Part shown: one piece after another, positions 1-11,710 of the stretch
Layout of the letters: every line of letters begins with the position of its first letter
How positions within the stretch are numbered: the stretch's first letter is position 1
From: Saprolegnia diclina VS20
Lineage: Eukaryota
Assembly: GCF_000281045.1 (NCBI RefSeq)
Contig: NW_008246073.1
Span: 45,184-109,183 of the forward strand
DNA length: 64,000 nucleotides
Reading direction: 5' to 3'
Notes under the pieces: generated by a model
The model's input: only the letters and a program-made list of their open reading frames with translations
Told to the model about the DNA's origin: nothing
Database searches by the model: none
Translations under genes and position numbers: made by a program

Positions 1-144
1 CGTTGATGGCGAGCCAAATAATGGTACACGCGTCAGGGTTTAGCCACACCGCCTGCCTGGTTGGGCGTTCTTACTAGGCGGCTGCCAGAACGAGCGTATG
101 GATCGAAGGTACGACGCAATGCCGCGGCTTTACTCTGGGGTGAC

Positions 145-709
145 AATTAAATTCTAGTGGATTTTGGATGAAATTCTAGCGGATTCTATTCCTATTGAAA
201 TTCTAGTGGATTTCACTAATTATTACGCGCTGCCAGGAATTAGCACATCTAGTGTAATAAGTGCAAGATATGGAAATATATCATCCAAGCGATAAAAATG
301 TAAATGTTGGGGATTTTAAAATTACGCCCCAGGGTCGCCGCGGCCCTGCGGGCCTACCCGCCTCCACCTGAGCGGCCCATCTACAATAAAGCCCTTTTTA
401 CGTGAAAGACGTGGGCTCGCTCCTCGCCAAGGCACGGCCTGCACAAAAGTCAACACCCAACCTCCGCTGCGCTGCGGTGGGCAGACTTTTCTGGGCCGAT
501 GCTCTGTCGTCGCTCGCTGCGGTGCAAAATTCCATATCGTGCCATGTATTAATATTAAACGCCATATTTTTTTGATTTGGCCATGATTTTGTGATTTTAA
601 TACGCTTCCGTAAATCTTACTTGGTCGGTAGGAATTAGTGAAATCCACTAGAATTTCAATAGGAATAGAATCCGCTAGAATTTCATCCAAAATCCACTAG
701 AATTTAATT
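145..709. mobile_element. MITE-like non-autonomous element with 77-bp perfect terminal inverted repeats
   Basis: 145-221 is the exact reverse complement of 633-709. Each arm holds three AAATTCTAG(T/C)GGATT sub-repeats. No credible coding interior. TSD is ambiguous (TA or TTAA inside the palindromic ends). Confidence 0.8.
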
Positions 710-3691
710 TTATCCGTTTACTCTGTCGGACAGCACTAGTGCCTGCAAAGCCCACGAACAACAAAGGCAGCCCGGCGCGCTGTTCGCGTCCAGGGTGGTC
801 ACGCGTTCCCCCACAGTAGTGGAGTAGTCATTAAGTGCTGACAGAAAGCATACGTACGCTCGCGCTAGTACGTCGACTTTTTGGTGAGAAGACCCATCCC
901 TCTGCCCCGCCTATGCTGATCTCGAGGCACAACCACCGTTCGCACAATTGCGGACTGCTCCAGCGGCTCTCGAGCTGAGCAAAATTTGCAACGCCACTCA
1001 CTTGAATTTTTTGTTCAAGTTGCTTCTTTGCCCCACCCGAGGCACCCCGTTTCTTAGGGCGCACCAAGATCACGCTGCCGATCGTCCTGCACCGCGACCT
1101 CCAGTCGCTGACGCCGCCTCAGTCGCTGGCGACTCCCGACGACCTTGACAAACTGCGTAGCTTTGCCGCCGACCGCGACGCCTGGAAAGATTTTACCGAC
1201 CCTGTCGTCCAGTGCCTCACCCCCACAAGCGTTGTAGGGCGACGGCAGACGAGCCCCCGCGCCGCCGCCTGCGCAGCCACGGACCGGCGAGCGAATGAAG
1301 AAGGAGATGGCTAGTCTCTACGTATGCGGGGTCTTTGTGTAATTATGAAGATAACGCGAAACACGTTCATATATATATTCATATAAAATGCTAGTGATGC
1401 TCGCACGCTCTTAGTTCCGGTGGCATCACTTCGCCCACGGACCCGTAGGAATGGTTGGCACAAGAATAAGAACTGGCTGATCAAGAGTTCGCTCTTCCGC
1501 GGCGAGTGCAACACGTACAAGCTCTCGCTGGCGTCCAACTGATTCCCAAAGCGCAAGCTCACGGACGGCGACAACGAAGACCTCGGCTATTAAGACCGAT
1601 ACCATCGTGCAGTCGCGAGGCGTGTGTGCCAGTCCCTAGCAGCCTCCATAACGTCTGGATTGGGAGAAGCGACTCCGTCTTTCGCTTGATGGCGCCTGTC
1701 GTAAGGTTTGAGTCGGCCGCCGGCTACCCTGCGTTATCATCATCTTCTCAACCCTTTATAGAACATGCGCATTCTGTGTGAGAAGATGAGCTCTAGGCAT
1801 TACGACAGCTACATTTCCGGTACTTCGTTTCGATCTTCACGATGGCCGACCCTCACCGCAGACAATCACGCTTTGTGGAGAAACCACCACCATGAACAAA
1901 CAAATCATGCAGTGCAAATCCGATCTCAATCGACGCACTTCCACAACGAGGTAGAGTCCACTTCCACAACGGTGTTGCAAAACTTCAGGTGTTTGGAAAG
2001 TAGTAGCGATCAACCTTCATACGGCTTCTCCGCTGCATATCGTAATGGCAGTGCCTATCAACACGTCGTTTTTTGATGCAGCATCCATGTTCGATGCATG
2101 TTTGAAAGGTGAACGAAAGGCTACTTCTCTCAGACGTTGTCAGGTGTCCGAAAATCATTATGAACTGCTGCGGGCAAGCATCTCTGCTGCACGCAAGCTC
2201 TTGCGTGCATCGAGTTGAGGTATGTGTGATTTTGATCGATATGATATGATGCCGTCCACTAATACATGGGATGACGCGTCGTGACGCCGCTGGGACGCAC
2301 AGTCTCGACTCGTCCAAGGGCAAACTCGGCATTCTTCACATCGTCCATGGACGAAGGTTTAATACTTCGATACAGTTATATGGTGCATGTACACAGTGCA
2401 GTGTGCCAAGACGATAAAGGGTACTCGCAGCTTCTTGGTGGATGTGTGGGGCAAAGTTCCCGCGATGGGCCGAGCTAATCAGGAGTTGCAGTCACCTCTC
2501 TAGTCTCACGGTGGGGGCGACGACATCATCCATTTTGCAGTGGATACCGGCAATGTCATTGGCTTGCAAGACCTTCATGCACGGCCAGAGTCAGAGTCCG
2601 TCTTACCAAGCTGGCTGGATCCGGCGTCCATGCGCCTAATAGCTTTGCATTGGTGCTCCAGCATGACGCGATGAGTGTCGCGCATGGAAGAACGGGTGGG
2701 TTTGCAAAGCAAAAGGATGCGCAATGAAAGGGCGCGGTAGCATGGATTCCTGAAGCAGATCATTCGACCCATGCGGGCGCAGTAACTAGGCCGCGTCAGC
2801 ACGCACGTTCCGTCGTGCGCAAGGGTCGAACCCACTGTACTTGAACGCACTACAGTACTCGTAGCCTAGTACTCGTTGGTACAATGTATGTGGGAGTAGA
2901 TATATACGTGCCGTGGGCGGTTGGTTGATTGGCAGGTACACCCAAACAGGCGAGAAAGGCGCAGGCAAAGCGATGTGCCAGCAGCGAAATCCTCGCCAAG
3001 TCGCAGGCCGAACCCAAGTGGGCGCCACGTGCTTCAAAGTCGTCATTGGAAAGACACCTCTCGCGTGCAGTTTCCATGCCACGGGCCAAGGAAGAACGGC
3101 GCGCAACTTCAAGGTCGACCGCGTACTACTTCAGGAAAGGCCACGCCCTCCCAAGGTCCATGCACTCCAGTATGCATTGCCAGAGGTTTCTCGACCACGT
3201 CCCACCTTCCAGTCCCACGTGTCAAAAGATCCGTTTCGAGAGAGTATCCAATCCCAGCAACGCAAGCCTGTATTCCCTTATCCAAGACAATACTCACCTG
3301 CCTATCCAATGAAAACGTCGTACGAAAGTGCGCGGGTACTTGAATTCGCGAATGCTTGGGTCCGACGGCGGTGATCCCATCGCACGGACCGACTTTGGCT
3401 GGCCTCATGCGCAACGGAGCCATCTCGGGCATTCGAACGTGTTGGACGTACGATGACGCAGCGAGAGCCCGAGACGCCGATGCACAAGGCGCGATGCGAC
3501 TTGCATCAGCGTCCCACCACCGATGAATAGGCGTGGAGTCGACAGCACCCGTCATCGTGGGTGGCTGACGAAATGTGGCAGCAAAGAAAAGAGGAAGTCC
3601 ACGAGCGTTGAATCGGAATGAACCTGCTTCAGGGTAAATAAACTAGACGTGACGATGCAACTCCATGTACTAATGCTACAGCTTCTTCTTC

Positions 3692-4300
3692 TCAGCAGTC
3701 GCCGGCCTTGAGCCACTCGTCCGTCCACAGCACCGCCGGCCACGCATATTGCTGCGGCGAGAGGGGCTCGGTCTTGATCGAACTCGCCTCCTTGGCTTCG
3801 TCCTCGATGAGGTCCTGGAAGAGCGCATCGAGGAAGGACGCGGTCGACGTCGCCGAGCACGGCGAGAGGAGCACTGTCTTGGCGTCGACGTCGCCCATCG
3901 TTTGGCGGTAGTGGCGGCCGCAGAGCCCTTGCTTGCGCACGTGCGCCGAGCAGCCTTCGGTCGTGCAGCGCCGGCCGCCGCCGTGGGCGATGCACTTGTG
4001 GTCGTACGCGGCGTTGCGCGTGCAGCCGTCGACGGCGCACCGGCGGCGGTTGTCCTTGCCGCCGTGCTTGTAGCAGAAGCCGCGGATGCGCGCGTTCATG
4101 CAGCAGCCCTCAAACTGGCACGTCTTTTGGCCGCCGTGACGCACGCAGAGGTTGCGCGCGTGCACTTGGTTGGTGCACTCTTGCACGAGGCAGCGGGCGC
4201 GGCGGCGGTGGTACGCACACTTCCACGAGCCAGGGAGCACGGGGTTCTTGCAGTCGTTGAAGAAGCAGGTTGTCGTCGCGGTCGTCGAGGTCGAGGCCAT
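3692..4300 (-). CDS. C-x4-C...C-x2-HGG repeat zinc-finger protein (WRKY19-like zinc-finger repeats)
   Basis: Intronless ORF with repeats such as CLVQECTNQVHARNLCVRHGG, CQFEGC...FCYKHGG and CAVDGC...CIAHGG. ATG at 4300. Confidence 0.85.
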   Translation of the reverse strand: MASTSTTATTTCFFNDCKNPVLPGSWKCAYHRRRARCLVQECTNQVHARNLCVRHGGQKTCQFEGCCMNARIRGFCYKHGGKDNRRRCAVDGCTRNAAYDHKCIAHGGGRRCTTEGCSAHVRKQGLCGRHYRQTMGDVDAKTVLLSPCSATSTASFLDALFQDLIEDEAKEASSIKTEPLSPQQYAWPAVLWTDEWLKAGDC

Positions 4301-4647
4301 ACTTGTAGTGTGGTGGTAGAGGCTTGCTCGGTGGCGGTCCAATTCAGAAATGCTGCACGACATCTCGGAAAGCGGAAGAGTGGGACTGCCATCGTAGCCG
4401 GCACCTTGCGACGTGAACTCGTCCTATCATTTTTTTGCACCAAATAGATGTGGGCGTGGGACGCCAGCGCCTGCGTCATGGCCAGTTGTTTCGGCGCGAG
4501 ATGCCGCCGCATACTACTGGCACCGTACACTGGTCCATCGTCCAAGTATCCGTCCAGTACCACCGCAAATGAGCAAGAAGAAGCATGGGATGGGATCGCA
4601 GCTGCGGCGATCCAGTGCTGCTGTGAAGGGATGGATTAAAGACGGTC

Positions 4648-5725
4648 TTATTCGACGTTGTGTTCCAGGATCTCGTCGTCGTCCTCGTCGTCGTCCATGT
4701 CGATGGCGGCGTTCGTGCTGTTGAGTTGCTGCGTCGCCTGCGCGCGGCGGTTGCTATAGCACACGCCTTAGGGTTCGGACGTCTATGTACGCAGCTGTAC
4801 CTTGCAATGCGGACTTCCATTTCGACGTCGCGCTCGAGGTCGTGGAGACCATTAACCTTTTCGCGACAGCCTACGAGCAGCCATCGTACATGGATCACAA
4901 GTAGACGCAGCGTACCGCCAATGGGGCACGCGTTCTTTCGCTTGAGGTGGGCCGTGATACCAGCCTTCGAGTACGTGTGGCCGCAGCGCTTGCTATCGAG
5001 GACGAGACGTCAGTATACCTTGACGTAGCAACTTTGAAAACGGACTTGCGCATGGGCTCGACCATCTCCAACAGCGTGATCGGGCACGTGATGGTGTTGG
5101 CTGCCTCGGTCTCTTGCACGAGCACATCTACGTCGTCGTCGTCGCCTTCCTCTTCAATCTACAAGGAGAGGCGGCTTATGATGCTTGCTAGCGTAGGGGC
5201 TTGGTATACCCCGGCCGCACTGCAAAAGCGCTTGTAAAAGTCGTGCTGCGCGACTTGAGAGTCCGAGACGCGTGACGATGACACGTTCAGCGTCCCGCGG
5301 TACGTCGATGGAACGCGCCCTGACTGCAGCGCCGTGCTGAGGCCTTCGAGTTTTTTCTCGTAGGCGCTAATGCGCCCGTGGAGCTGGACAAAGTTGGTCG
5401 TGACGCCCTTCAGGACTTCGATCTGGTTGTCGTCGCCAATGTCCTTGACCGTCGCGACAAGGTTCTCCGTGGCCTTGGCGCCTTCGAGCACGCGTTTTAG
5501 GAGGTCCTGGCGCTGCTTCTTGGTGTTGGACACGCACATTTGGAGCGCGGCCGGAAGCGTCTCGTTGACCTCGGCGTTGACGATGGCCTCCCATTCCGCA
5601 GAGGACTTGGCGGCCACGGGAGCGGCCTCTTCCTCGCTGCCCGAGTCGTAGCGGGCCATATTACGAGGATCGTCCGAGTCCGAGTCGTCGACCATGGCCT
5701 TGCGCTTCCCTGACCGGCCTGCCAT
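4648..5725 (-). CDS. NSE2: E3 SUMO ligase NSE2/MMS21 (SMC5/6 subunit), multi-exon
   Basis: Helical N-terminal exon. SP-RING motif assembled across short introns: TITCPITLLEMVEPMRK / CGHTYSKAGITAHLKRKNACPIG / GCREKV..DLERD. Acidic tail, stop at 4648-4650. Confidence 0.85.
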
Positions 5726-7011
5726 CGTGCTTGGCGCTGCTGGGTTGGTCCAATTTAACCGCGAAAAAATATACGTCCAATCAAATGCGGTTTCTGTCTG
5801 GATTATAGCGAATCAATACATTTTAAAAATGTAGCCAATCCATGAACGTCGCACGCGAAACACGCTGTTTGGTTTGTAGTTTTTTAACCAATCCAATGGC
5901 AGAAACCATCCAACACAGCTTTTGTCCCAAGCGTTTATCCCAAGCGAGTTGGGGACGGATTTTGCCCCAGCAAAGGACGGATGATGATCAACCAAGCATC
6001 ATGCATGATGCAGTGGTTTCAACGATTCTACCTACATTAACAGCCGCGAGACTCGCAATAAGCCGTGGAACATGACGTGGTTCTGGACTTGATGAGTACA
6101 AGCCGCAAGATGGTCATGCGAACGCCACGTCGTTCAATTTGCTCACTTGAAACCAATGGGATTGGCCTTTGTCGCTGGTGGCTAGTGGCGTTCCGACGTG
6201 ATGCGAATTGGTATCAGCTTACGTACCACGAATATGATTGGCAGTCAACTGGCTCCGTGGACTCCTATCTCTGTGGCAACTGCCCTCAATGATATCGTCA
6301 CTCGTGAACGGACAGTTCTCGCTGAGTGCAGCAAATTGGAAAAAAGGCCACCATCCTACCGCAATTACACCCACTCATGTTGCGTCTAAAGCGTGCGTGC
6401 GCTAAATGTAGCAAGTCGAATGGCGGCAGCTCGGCTTCGAAACAACAAGAACTTGTTTCCAGCTGGATCATACGCAGAGACTCCTGGGCAGATTCCAGGA
6501 GCATGCTTGATGGTCCTGTATGAACGAGAGCTGCGGAGCCAGCGCGAAATGTTTGGACGCCACTCGACGCATGCGCATCTCTCACTTGTACCATTTCCAG
6601 ACGGCACATCTCTACGGAGCCACCACGCGCATCAAATGCAGCACCCCTCGGCGACAGTACAGTTACGTCAGCCAGCGAGTTGATGCAGTCAGAAGCTAGT
6701 TGCCACCAGTGCGAGGTTCGCCTTGGCGTGTCGCAGTGGTAGCTCAGCTATCGAGGCTATCGCGCCACCACATAACATGACGCAGCCAAATCCCACGACC
6801 AAAGCCCCACCCACCGCTCTCGCTCTCAGTATAGCTTCCTTCTTGCACGCAAGCTGGACTGCGGCTCTCGAGAATTTGCCTCTCTTTTTCCAACGGGGTG
6901 ATGGCATCCCAGTGGTTTCACACACGTCCATTGGAGTGGGTTTTTGGGTTTTTGGGATCAACCTCCTTTGTCGCGTCCGGTTTTTAAGTTGTCCGGATAC
7001 GTTGAATTTCA

Positions 7012-8932
7012 ATGACGACGATGACGACGCGCGTCTCGGCGCCGGGAAAGGTCTTGATCGCTGGCGGCTACTTGGTGCTGGAGCCGCAGTACGCTGGCGC
7101 CGTCCTCGCCGCAAGCTCTCGCTTCCACACGACTGTCGCGCTCGATGCGTCTGCGGCGCCGTCGCCGTCGCTGGCGGTGACTGTGCACAGCCCGCAGTTC
7201 CACCAAGTGCTGACCGGTGTCCTCTCGACCGACGCCTTTGAGCTCTCGTACGCGGCCGCTCTCGTCGCGCAGTGCATTATGGCTGCTTCTCTCCGTGTGT
7301 AGGCCGCAGAGTCCGGCCAACCTGTACGTCGAGAAGACGCTGCAAGTGTGCGCCAAAGCGCTGCAGGGCCTCCTTGGCCCGGCGTTCGGCGCCAAGCTCG
7401 CGTCGCTGGCGAAAACGCACTCGCTGCGCATTACGCTGGAGGATGACAATGATTTTTACTCGCAGAGCGCGCAGGTACAGGTTTGTGTTGCTGTTGCATT
7501 ATTGACATGATCCGAATAGCTCCTCGAGCGCGGCCTGCCCGTGACGCGCGAGCACCTTGCCAAGCTCCCGGCCTTTCTTCCGTGCCCGTTGGACGCCTCT
7601 GGTACAACCCATCCTTTCGATGGCGCCTGCGCTTATAATGGCATTTGCTAGGGACGCCGGTCATTGCCAAAACGGGCATGGGCAGCTCCGCGGCGCTCAT
7701 CACGTCGCTCGTCGGTGCCGTCTTGCGCTTCTTTGACGCAGTGACGCTTCCGACGGCGCAGTCGACGGCGGCGACACCCGGCGTCGACGTCGTGCACCAC
7801 CTCGCGCAGATTGCGCACTCGATTGCCCAAGACAAGGTGCGTGCGGTCCTCTCAAGGCCCAAAGAAAATGGGAAAATATTAGATTGGCAGTGGCTTTGAC
7901 GTCTCGGCCGCGGCGTACGGCAACCAGTGCTACAACCGCTTCACGCCCGACCGCGTTCAGGCGTTTGTGGCGCAAAAGAACCTGGCGGCGATCGCACCGG
8001 CAGACCTCGCCGCCTGCATCCAGTCGCGCTGGGACAACGTCGTCGTACGATTTTACATTTCCCTCTTGGTCAAGGCACTCAGCCGGCTCGGTGCTAGAAA
8101 CCGTTTGGGCTGCCCCACAACATGCACATGATCATGGGCGACGTCAACGCCGGGTCGGCCACGGTCTCGATGGTCCGCCAGGTACGTTCTTAGTGGTAGT
8201 GTTGATCCAAGTAGTGTATGGTGCGCGTAGGTATTGGCGTGGAAGAAGGCCGACCCGACGGGCTCGCACGCACTCTGGGAAACGCTCAACACCAAGAATA
8301 TGCTGATCGTCGCTCAGTTTGAAGCCCTCCCGAAGGTGGCCGACGACGTTTGGGCGCGCATCGCCGAGGCGCCGTCGACCTCGGTACTTTTCTCCCAACC
8401 CAAGGACCCACCATGAGTGTAAAATATCTAGTGGGCGCATGTGCACGCGGCGCTCGGAGCAGCCTTGCTTGCAATGCGCGCGACGTTCGAGGAGGTTCGC
8501 CACCTCTTGCGGTGCGGCGTTGAGCCTGCGACCTGTGTGTCTAATTCTTGAGCTAGGACGATGGGGTCTGCGGCGGGTGTCGCGATCGAGCCCGAGGAGC
8601 AAACCGCGTTGATTGATGCGACCATGCGCGTGCCTGGCGTGCTCTTTGGCGGCGTGCCCGGCGGTACACACGTCTGCACTTGCGAATGGGGTTGATGCAT
8701 CGGCTGTTGCTGGTACTAGCTGGCGGCAATGACGCTATCTTTGCACTCGTGCTGCACCCGTCCGTGCTGCCGCGCGTGGAAACCTTCTGGTCGACATGGA
8801 CTGCCACGCGGTACGACTCGCCTAATGGCGTGCCAAGCTCACGGTGACGCGTCTAGTGTCAGCGCGCTGCTTGTCGACGTGGCCAAGAGCGGTGTCCAAG
8901 GCGGGCTACTCGAAGAAGCCGTTGCGATCTAG
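7012..8932 (+). CDS. PMK: Phosphomevalonate kinase, ERG8/plant type (GHMP kinase), multi-exon
   Basis: SAPGKVLIAGGYLVLEP, NDFYSQ, AKTGMGSSAA, AHSIAQDK-IGSGFDV and GVPG..GGNDAIF motifs. Start at 7012 or 7021. Confidence 0.93.
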
Positions 8933-10152
8933 TTCAAACGGCCACAGAAAAGCGCACGCCCCGCTGCGTGTCCATGCAAGCGGCACCTTGGTAATGCAAC
9001 AAAGGCAACGAGGCGCAACGGGTGATCGTCGACCAATGTCTTGCAATCCTAATGTCGCACTGGTGACGTGCGACCGTCGTCGGCAAAGCAACGGACACGG
9101 CCCATCGCATGGGTGCCGACGCGACGGCATAAAATAGCACGACGAGCGTCCGCGGATGCGGGTGCACGCCGCGTCATGGTTTGGTCATGACGCGCCCACG
9201 CGTGAACGTTTGAAAGGATTGTCTCGAGCAAGTGTAGTTGTTGAGCCAGCACAGCATTTGAGAGATAGATGCATCCAAGACCAGCCACGCCAACGATCCA
9301 CCAGCTTCGATCGTCCGAATCCAACTGGCCCGTGGCTATGCAGCCTAGGGCTAGGGCTTCCGTAGGGGTAGGGTTCACAGGGATCGGAATTGACGAAGAA
9401 AGCCACTAGCTCTATTAGAATACCCATAGCGCCTGTATTGCAACAGCACAGGCGCTGTTGGAGACAGCATGCATCGGACCATGTACTGCCCTGTGGCCGG
9501 CGCCTCTGGATCCGCAGCTGCTGCACGCTTGGCTCTCTTCCACTGCACTGAACCCTCTCAGAAAACGCTGGGCAAGAGAGCGTTTTATTCTGTCGACGAG
9601 TGCGAAAAGATGGGAGGAGCTTTGTCCCGCGCATTCGAAGGCTCCCAACCTCCTCCCTTCATTTGGTTTCCCGCCCGGTTGGACACGACCGGAAATCCTG
9701 CAAATGCCGCCCATATGCCGAGAATATGATTGCGTTTCGAAGGAAAGCGTCCTTGTCATGCACCATGGCCTTGATAGCGTGGGCGACGGCTTGACACCTG
9801 ACACGAGATGCGTGTATGTATGTCTGAGGTGTGGGTGGGTTCAGGCTGGAGACGAAACTGGACAGAGCGCGACTTGCCGCATATCAGATTTAGTTATGTC
9901 GTCACTTGAATTTGACGTGAAGGATCCCCAGGTGCTCGCTCACGCCAAAGTTGATGATGGCAGTGAGCCTCCTACCTGGCCACATCACGGAAGTTCGTTC
10001 GACTTGAAGCCGCACGAGTGAAATCTTCCTCTGTGCCCGGACCCGCACAGTCGCGCTGGGTATGTAAAACCTCTGCTGGGGCGTTCGTTTACAGGTGCGA
10101 TGTGCAGCTCCAACGTCATGGGTCAGTAGCAAGTTCAGCAATGTTAGACTCC

Positions 10153-10560
10153 GTTGTTGAAGTGAGTCTTTTCAGATAGAAGTTACTAGTACACTGAACT
10201 GGTTTTGGGGTGGGCTTTCGACTCAAAGCGTGTTGAGCTAGACGGCAGCAGCGGCGTGTTGAAGGCGAGGCATATGGATGGCGCGAGCCGGGACGAGGCG
10301 GTTACGAAGCCAGGCGTCTTGGCGCAGGGCGTTCAGCATTTGGAAGAGGCACATCGCTGGGGTACACAGCAGCAAGTGGTGGAGATGCAGCTTGGTCAAG
10401 AACGCGGCGCGGGTGGCGGCCGCTTCGGGCATCACGACGGGCGCCTCGGGACGGAAAACGCGGTCGTTTCGGGTGAGCCAGACAGGGTGCAGCACACAGG
10501 CTCGTAAGATCGGCCACATCATGTCGACCGCGCGCCAGCGGTAGCGTTGGGCCGTCACCA
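10153..10560 (-). mobile_element. 3' fragment of a non-LTR (LINE) retrotransposon
   Basis: Minus-strand WPILRACVLHPVWLTRNDRVF resembles the W..RN..VF motif at LINE ORF2 C-termini. Ends in AGACTCACTTCAACAAC, shared with the copy at 34854. Confidence 0.7.
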
Positions 10561-11710
10561 GCGGTTCAAAAGAGAGACTCCGTGGAGTGGTTGCTGAAAA
10601 ATGACATGTTATCAAGCAGAAAAGCTTTTCTGATTCAGAAGATGAGCTTGAGAGTGCAAGCAGGAAATTTATTTACTTGAAGTCATTCGATAACGAGATG
10701 GTGAGGACTCACAAGACGAGTGATTTCTGATGAACATGGGCGTTGAAACCTCGTGCGACGAGCATTCTCATTATAAAAGGCAGTAATCATGGCCAAGGGC
10801 GTTATTTTATTTCCTTGACCACGCTCTTCCACGATGAGGGAGGGCATCCTGTGTCACTTGACGCGCATTGCCAAGGGTCCGTAATGGTGGTTTAAGACCT
10901 TGTTTCGTCAGCGGAACAGAGACTCTTGCTACTGGGCAGACGAATACCACTCGCTCTTAATCGAAACGATTGTCCTCGAGATGCCCAAACGTGCTTTGTT
11001 ATCGCTGACGTTACTAGTAATACGCTGCCACATAGATACACATGGTTCTCGAGCCCTAAATTGGAGAGCTTTGACGGAAAAAGATCCGCAAACGACATCT
11101 ACATTGGATTGCTAACGTCTAGTTTCCCGCGACTCATGTAGGCTTGTTTGGTGCCCATGCAGAAACGACAACCTCCAAGGGCTTGAAGGACATGTAAAGC
11201 GCAGTAAAGTAGTCTGGTGCAAAGGCTCAATCCAAGCAGCCTCTACTAGATGAAGCGAGCAGCCAGACGCGTTGCATTTTACTGTTCAACGAAACTATAG
11301 TAAGGGGCTCAATGGACCTTCCCTGGAGCAAGGGCATGTGTCCTTGCCCACACGCTATGTTGGCCATACACAGAAGCTCGAGGTTTTATGTAGGGGCTCG
11401 TCGTATTCGCTTCACAAAACATAAATCATTTCCACGCGCACAGACCATTTCGTAGCAAACATATAGGCAGGGGCACTGGTACTACACAAGACGTGCCAAG
11501 TTGTGGGCCCTGCACCATGGATACAGTGAGCATACAGCATCGTTGGCGCAGGGCTGCTGTCTGCGGCGCCCTGCGGCCATGGACGCCGCAATCCCAACGA
11601 ACGCGAATGTGCTCTGTACCACACTACTACTTCGTGGCGGACCGCTGATTGGCTACACGTGTTGCTTCGAACGTCACCCATGGCATTTGGCAAGTTCCTC
11701 AGCAACCAAA

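Noticed and set aside
145..221. Spaced short repeats resembling a CRISPR array
   Set aside because: Eukaryotic context, spacers too short, no cas genes, and they are explained as TIR sub-repeats.
2810..2890. B-box-like GGTTCGACCC on the minus strand (tRNA or SINE?)
   Set aside because: No A-box, a poor T-stem and no cloverleaf.
1500..3550. Many short overlapping ORFs, possibly a decayed gene or transposon
   Set aside because: No recognisable motif, and stops in all frames.
3749..4447. Long antisense ORFs here and elsewhere (e.g. 23858-25054, 46964-47911, 61933-62724)
   Set aside because: Shadows of GC3-rich genes on the opposite strand.
6065..6950. Possible spliced minus-strand membrane-protein gene
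   Set aside because: One hydrophobic stretch only. No consistent exon chain or family motif could be built.
8934..10140. Minus-strand ORFs with a hydrophobic segment
   Set aside because: May be a gene, but codon bias is weak and no motif supports a call.
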